A stretch of DNA of 12,016 nt from Elusimicrobiota bacterium (lineage in GTDB: Bacteria > Elusimicrobiota > Elusimicrobia > UBA1565 > UBA9628), in contig DAHVNA010000044.1 in NCBI GenBank assembly GCA_027319565.1, forward strand, positions 1 to 12,016. The letters run 5' to 3'. Below are positions 7,549 to 12,016 of this stretch, in pieces. The position numbers were made by a program, and so were the translations under genes. Positions within the stretch are counted from its first letter, which is position 1; every line of letters starts with the position of its first letter. The notes under the pieces were generated by a model, which worked only from the letters and a program-made list of their open reading frames with translations, ran no database searches and was not told the DNA's origin.

Positions 7549-8968
7549 TCGCCGCGCCATTATTTCACCCTCAAACGAAAAAACAATCGCTCATGTTCAA
7601 GATGCGGGCCAAGAAGAGGTCCATCTCGCCGTTTCCTCCGCCAAAAAGGCCTTCCCCCTTTGGGCCTTAAAATCGCCGGCTGAACGCGCAAGCCTTCTTC
7701 TAAACTGGGCCAACCTCATCGAAAAAAACTTACCCCGCCTCGCGCTTTTAGAATCTCAAAACACCGGCAAACCCCTGAAATTATCCCAAGACGGAGACCT
7801 GCCCTTTGCCGTCGATAATCTGCGCTTTTTCGCTTCCGCCGCGCGCGTTTTGGAGGCGCCGGCTTCATCTGAGTATTCGACCGGATATCTCTCTTTTTTA
7901 AAGAGGGATCCCATCGGCCCCGTAGCGTTGATTACGCCGTGGAATTATCCGCTGATGATGGCGGTTTGGAAAATGGCTCCGGCTTTAGCCGCGGGAAATT
8001 CCTGCGTCATCAAACCCTCGGAATTGACCCCCTTGACCACGCTTGAAATCGCGAAACTGGCCCTCAAAGCGGGTTTCCCAGAAGGCGTCATCAATGTCGT
8101 TTTAGGCGGAGAAGAAACCGGAAAACTCCTGACCTCCCACCCTGAAATTAAAATGATTTCTTTTACCGGAGACACCGCAACGGGGCGAAAAATCATGTCC
8201 CAGGCCTCGACCACGGTTAAACGCCTTCACTTGGAGCTGGGCGGAAAAGCCCCCTTCATCGTCTTTGAAGACGCTTCTCTTTCCGCCGCCGTCTTAGGGG
8301 CCGTCGTCGGCTCTTTTGTCAACGCCGGACAAGATTGCACGGCGGCGACCCGTCTTTACATCCACAAAAAAGTTTTTGACCGCTTTACCGCTGATTTTCT
8401 CAAGGAGACTAAAAAAATAAAACTCGGGCTTTTTGACGATCCCGAAACCGACATGGGCCCGCTGATTTCCGAAGATCAGCGCGCGCGCGTTGAGGGTTTT
8501 TTGAGCAGAGCCGAGAGTATCGAGATTCTCTTCGGCGGGCATCGCCCCAAAAATATAAAGAAGGGATTTTTCTTTGAGCCGACCGTCGTTGTCAAAGCCG
8601 GACAAAATTCGGAACTGGTCCAAAAAGAAATATTTGGCCCTGTCGTTTGTCTTTTGCCGTTTAAAGACGAAGCCGAGGCGGTTCAACTCGCCAACGACGT
8701 TCCCTACGGTCTTGCGGCTTCGGTTTGGACCAAGGACGTCCACAAGGCTTTGAGAGTCTCTTCCGCGCTTAGATTCGGCACGGTTTGGATCAATGACCAT
8801 CTGCCGCTGACTTCGGAAACCCCACACGGCGGCTTTAATCAATCGGGCTTTGGAAAGGATTTGTCTCGCCACGCGCTTGAAGAATACACCGCGCTCAAAC
8901 ACGTCATGGCGGATCTCTCCGGAGACGCGCGCAAACCCTGGCATTACACCGCCTTCGGCAAAAAATAA
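7520..8968 (+). CDS. patD: Gamma-aminobutyraldehyde dehydrogenase-like ALDH
   Basis: PWNYPLMMAVWK, SFTGDTATG, ELGGKAP (catalytic Glu), NAGQDCTAATR (catalytic Cys), PHGG..QSGFGKDLS, KHVM. Start placed at ATG 7520 for the shorter overlap; 7475 is possible. Confidence 0.85.
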   Translation: MKKSQTPPANRRAIISPSNEKTIAHVQDAGQEEVHLAVSSAKKAFPLWALKSPAERASLLLNWANLIEKNLPRLALLESQNTGKPLKLSQDGDLPFAVDNLRFFASAARVLEAPASSEYSTGYLSFLKRDPIGPVALITPWNYPLMMAVWKMAPALAAGNSCVIKPSELTPLTTLEIAKLALKAGFPEGVINVVLGGEETGKLLTSHPEIKMISFTGDTATGRKIMSQASTTVKRLHLELGGKAPFIVFEDASLSAAVLGAVVGSFVNAGQDCTAATRLYIHKKVFDRFTADFLKETKKIKLGLFDDPETDMGPLISEDQRARVEGFLSRAESIEILFGGHRPKNIKKGFFFEPTVVVKAGQNSELVQKEIFGPVVCLLPFKDEAEAVQLANDVPYGLAASVWTKDVHKALRVSSALRFGTVWINDHLPLTSETPHGGFNQSGFGKDLSRHALEEYTALKHVMADLSGDARKPWHYTAFGKK

Positions 8969-8994
8969 GGGCGACTCAACGCGATTTTTGGGCC

Positions 8995-9023
8995 TTGACA
9001 AAAAGCGATATCGGGGCTATGTT
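8995..9023 (+). promoter_or_regulatory. sigma70-type promoter, leaderless geometry
   Basis: TTGACA (8995-9000), 17-bp spacer, TATGTT (9018-9023), 6 nt before ATG 9030. Confidence 0.65.
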
Positions 9024-9029
9024 AAGGTT

Positions 9030-9470
9030 ATGTTAGAAATATTAGAGCACCTCATCAGCCAGGAAGCGCAGCATCCGCATCAGTTTAGAGCGGCCCTTTA
9101 CCGGGAACTGCTTTCCTCCGAGGTCTATCTTTTGACCCTGGGCGAACCCATCAAAGATGGTCTTTCCACATTCCGAAAATCAAATGATTTCCTTTTGTGG
9201 GCAGAGCAGAAAGCTCCGGGAGAATTCAGGGTTCCGGTTTTCCCCTCATCCGATTCGGTGGCCAGTTTTATTTCTTCTCATCACCTAACCCCTCCGGAGG
9301 GAAAGGAATTTCTCTGGATGAGCCAGAACCCGCAAAAAGCCTTGGCGCCCTTGCTTGAGTTAAACGGTTTTTTAGGCCTTAATCTTTATCTGGCGGAAAA
9401 CGAATCCGTCGCCGTTTCCCAAGAAGAGACAAAGCTTTTGGCGCAGGGAATTATTCCTCACGGCGATTAG
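9030..9470 (+). CDS. Hypothetical protein, SseB N-terminal-domain-like (146 aa)
   Basis: LEHLI...FRAALYRELLSSEVYLL...VPVFPS...E.KLLAQG resembles SseB-family pattern by eye. Start moved from the track's 8850, which overlaps patD by 119 bp. Confidence 0.6.
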   Translation: MLEILEHLISQEAQHPHQFRAALYRELLSSEVYLLTLGEPIKDGLSTFRKSNDFLLWAEQKAPGEFRVPVFPSSDSVASFISSHHLTPPEGKEFLWMSQNPQKALAPLLELNGFLGLNLYLAENESVAVSQEETKLLAQGIIPHGD

Positions 9471-9481
9471 CCTCCTTAACT

Positions 9482-11488
9482 TTATTTAGACGGAGGAGCC
9501 GGCTGGGACGCGGGGCTTACTGGAGGCGACTGCGCTTGATTTTTTTGCGGAATGGGAATCGTAAAGAAAAAGCGCGAGCCCTTTCCTAGCTCCGATTCAA
9601 CCCCCATTTCGCCGCCGTGAAGTTGAACGATTTCCCGCGCGATCTTAAGCCCCAAACCGAATCCCGCCTTTCTCATCGCCTGGGCCTGCTGGGATTGGAA
9701 GAACCGCTCAAAGACTCTCGGCAAATCTTCCTTTGAAATTCCGATACCGGAGTCGCGAACGCCGATGGTCAACATTTGATGTCCCAGATCGACTTTAACC
9801 TGAACCAGCCCGCCTTCTTTCGTGTATTGCACGGCATTAGTGCAAAGATTCTGGATGACCTGTCCAATCCGATGGGGATCCCCTCTCAACATCGGTAACT
9901 GAGGCGGAACTTGAACCTCAAAACGAATTTTTCTCTGCTGAGCGACAATCTGAATGCGGGAGCTGACGTCTTTGATGACTTCGGAGAGATTCAGATCGCC
10001 CAAATTGACCCGCAATTTTCCGGATTCAATGGCGGCCAAATCAACCAAATCTGAAATCAAAAGATTCAAGGTTTGCGCCGCGGAATTAATGTGAGAGGAA
10101 TATTCAAGCTCTTTGGGAGAATTTTTTAAGCCCATTCCCAATATTTCCGAATAGCCCAAAATCGCGGTTAAAGGGTTTTTAACGTCATGGGCGACCATCG
10201 CGAAAAACTTTTTCTGAAACCCGTTGATTTGTTCAAGCTGCCTGTTGGATTCCTGAACTTCCTTTAAAAGGCGCGCGTTTTCCAAAATCAGGAATCTGCG
10301 TTCAAGAGCCCGGCGAACGGAGAAAATAAGGCGGGAAGAATCCACCGGTTTGAGCAAGGCGTCATCCAAGCCCAACTCGACAGATTGGCTGACCCCTTGA
10401 AGCGCAGCGGTCAAAGGGTAGCGGTCAACCATGAAAATGATTCTTAAATCCGGATCATGCTCTCTTAATTTTTGAGCGATTTCCAGCCCCGTATGCCGGG
10501 TGTAGGCCAAGGCGGCGCCGACAACGGCCAGGTGAAAACTTCCTTTGATCTGGGCCCGTCGCAAGGCGTCCTCCGCGTCCATTGTGGTAAAAACATCGTA
10601 GCCAGCCACGCGCAACGCTTGAGACAACGCGTCCAAGGTTGGCTTGTAATTATCCAGGAATAATATTTTTTCCTTGCCTCTTTGAGTCGGTTCAGCCATC
10701 TGAGGGGCTTCGGTTAAAAGCTTTGGAATCAAAGCCGACTCCTCGCGTAAAAGTTCGACAGGCGCGTTTTCTCTTAAGCGATTGGCCATCCAACGCACGC
10801 GATCAATGCTTGAAATGTAATAGCAAACGCAGTTATTGACGGCTTTTCTTAAAGCCGTGTCAAAACCGGCGACATCCGCCCAAAGCCCCGGGAAAGGGAC
10901 AATGACCTGGCATTTCCTTCCCGCCCCAAAAGAAGCCGGCTCGGGCTTAGAGACTTGGGAAACCTGCTTCCAAAAGGTTTTCCCGGGATCCGAAACATCG
11001 TTAGGCGGAATGGTTCTTTCTAAGAGAAATTTTTCAAGATTCTGCGCGCTCGGGCGTTCTTCAACGACGATTCCCGATTGTCTAAAGGAGATCGGAAGAG
11101 CATGACTGGTAAAAAAAGCCTCATCGGCCAGAAAAACGACCGGGCGCTCAACCGAACGCAACTGATCGGCAAACCCGTGGGGAGGCGGCCAAGGTAGCGC
11201 CCTGACTGGCACGGACTGAACGGGAGAATAACTCGCCAGAGTTTGAAGAAGAAAAAGCGGAAACCGCCCGCGAACCTTATAGGCGTTAAAAAGGGCTTGT
11301 CTTTCCGGAATAGCAATGCGCTCATAATCTAAAACCAAGGCGGAGATATCAGGCGTTCCCATCCGAATAATGGCGTCCGCCGCGGAATTAAAGGCCGTTA
11401 AAGAATAATCGTAATTTTTAAGATGAGTTTCCAGTTCGCCAACCAACGTCATGTCCTGGGTGACAAGGAAAATAACGCCCTTACTCAC
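9482..11488 (-). CDS. Soluble hybrid histidine kinase (degenerate REC domains, HisKA, HATPase_c)
   Basis: H-box [11 protein letters not shown] (His434), N-box [10 protein letters not shown]1 DSGIGI, F-box FERF, G2 GFGLGL; REC-like KILFLDN...LLKPV; no evident transmembrane helix. GTG start with GGAGG 6 nt upstream. Confidence 0.92.
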   Translation of the reverse strand: MSKGVIFLVTQDMTLVGELETHLKNYDYSLTAFNSAADAIIRMGTPDISALVLDYERIAIPERQALFNAYKVRGRFPLFLLQTLASYSPVQSVPVRALPWPPPHGFADQLRSVERPVVFLADEAFFTSHALPISFRQSGIVVEERPSAQNLEKFLLERTIPPNDVSDPGKTFWKQVSQVSKPEPASFGAGRKCQVIVPFPGLWADVAGFDTALRKAVNNCVCYYISSIDRVRWMANRLRENAPVELLREESALIPKLLTEAPQMAEPTQRGKEKILFLDNYKPTLDALSQALRVAGYDVFTTMDAEDALRRAQIKGSFHLAVVGAALAYTRHTGLEIAQKLREHDPDLRIIFMVDRYPLTAALQGVSQSVELGLDDALLKPVDSSRLIFSVRRALERRFLILENARLLKEVQESNRQLEQINGFQKKFFAMVAHDVKNPLTAILGYSEILGMGLKNSPKELEYSSHINSAAQTLNLLISDLVDLAAIESGKLRVNLGDLNLSEVIKDVSSRIQIVAQQRKIRFEVQVPPQLPMLRGDPHRIGQVIQNLCTNAVQYTKEGGLVQVKVDLGHQMLTIGVRDSGIGISKEDLPRVFERFFQSQQAQAMRKAGFGLGLKIAREIVQLHGGEMGVESELGKGSRFFFTIPIPQKNQAQSPPVSPASQPAPPSK

Positions 11489-12016
11489 CGAAAGCCTCCG
11501 GCTCTTAAAGGCTTGAGTTTGGCCGTGAAATGACGCAAGCTCTGAGGTTCCTCGATAATCTCAAGCCCCTTAATGGATTTTTTACGGCCGGCGATAAAAC
11601 CAAAAACCTCGATAATAAAATCAACATGGCTTTGAGTATAGACGCGCCGCGGAAGCGCCAAGCGCACCAGTTCCATGGGAGCGGGCTTAAAATCTCGGCC
11701 TTGCCCGCGCCCAAACATCAAAGAGCCCACCTCAACGGATCGAATTCCCGCAACCCCATAGAGTTCGCAAACCAAGGCTTGAGCCGGAAACTGATGAGGC
11801 GAAATATGCGGCAAAAATCGCTTTGCGTCCACATAGATTGCGTGTCCGCCGGGCGGATTAATAATCGGCACCTTATGTTTTTTCAAACCTTCGGCTAAAT
11901 ACGCCACCGAGCGCAAACGATAAGAAAGATAATTTTCATCCACGATTTCTTTTAGGCCCTGAGCTATAGCCTCTAGATCTCGCCCGGCAAGCCCGCCATA
12001 TGTCGGGAAGAGATCG
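11485..12016 (-). CDS. tnaA: Tryptophanase-like beta-eliminating lyase, 3' part (5' end beyond the window)
   Basis: Frame open to the edge: [67 protein letters not shown] and TQSH favour tryptophanase over tyrosine phenol-lyase, but the active-site Lys region is not visible. Confidence 0.82.
   Translation of the reverse strand, partial: DLFPTYGGLAGRDLEAIAQGLKEIVDENYLSYRLRSVAYLAEGLKKHKVPIINPPGGHAIYVDAKRFLPHISPHQFPAQALVCELYGVAGIRSVEVGSLMFGRGQGRDFKPAPMELVRLALPRRVYTQSHVDFIIEVFGFIAGRKKSIKGLEIIEEPQSLRHFTAKLKPLRAGGFR

Noticed and set aside
8294..9001. 235-aa minus-strand ORF
   Set aside because: Antisense to the ALDH gene, a common shadow; no independent motifs.
8850..9029. N-terminal extension of the 206-aa ORF
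   Set aside because: Overlaps patD and contains the promoter that points to ATG 9030.
11530..11898. 122-aa plus-strand ORF
   Set aside because: Antisense shadow of tnaA.
1..12016. tRNA, rRNA, riboswitch or a firm taxonomic assignment
   Set aside because: No recognisable RNA gene or marker gene; intergenic spaces are short and otherwise explained.

Overview
Bacterial window, probably a metagenomic contig end, with four blocks. (1) An arsenic-resistance unit: arsR plus one ORF fusing an N-terminal LMW-PTP-type arsenate reductase to an Acr3 arsenite exporter, with two copies of a candidate ArsR operator. It is divergent from a gene that runs off the left edge and has its own consensus promoter and palindromic operator. 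(2) A 1,570-bp segment carrying an AAA_14/DUF4143-type ATPase and a short gene remnant, bounded by a 71-bp direct repeat of the acr3 3' end whose three differences are all synonymous; this looks like an integrase-less insertion into acr3. (3) A four-gene polyamine-catabolism-like operon: gabT-like, saccharopine-dehydrogenase-family oxidoreductase, patA, patD-like. (4) An SseB-like gene converging on a tryptophanase (partial) and a translationally coupled soluble histidine kinase with degenerate receiver domains. Illumina-adapter-like sequence occurs at the right end and at 11089-11102. All family assignments come from motif recognition by eye; no searches were run.
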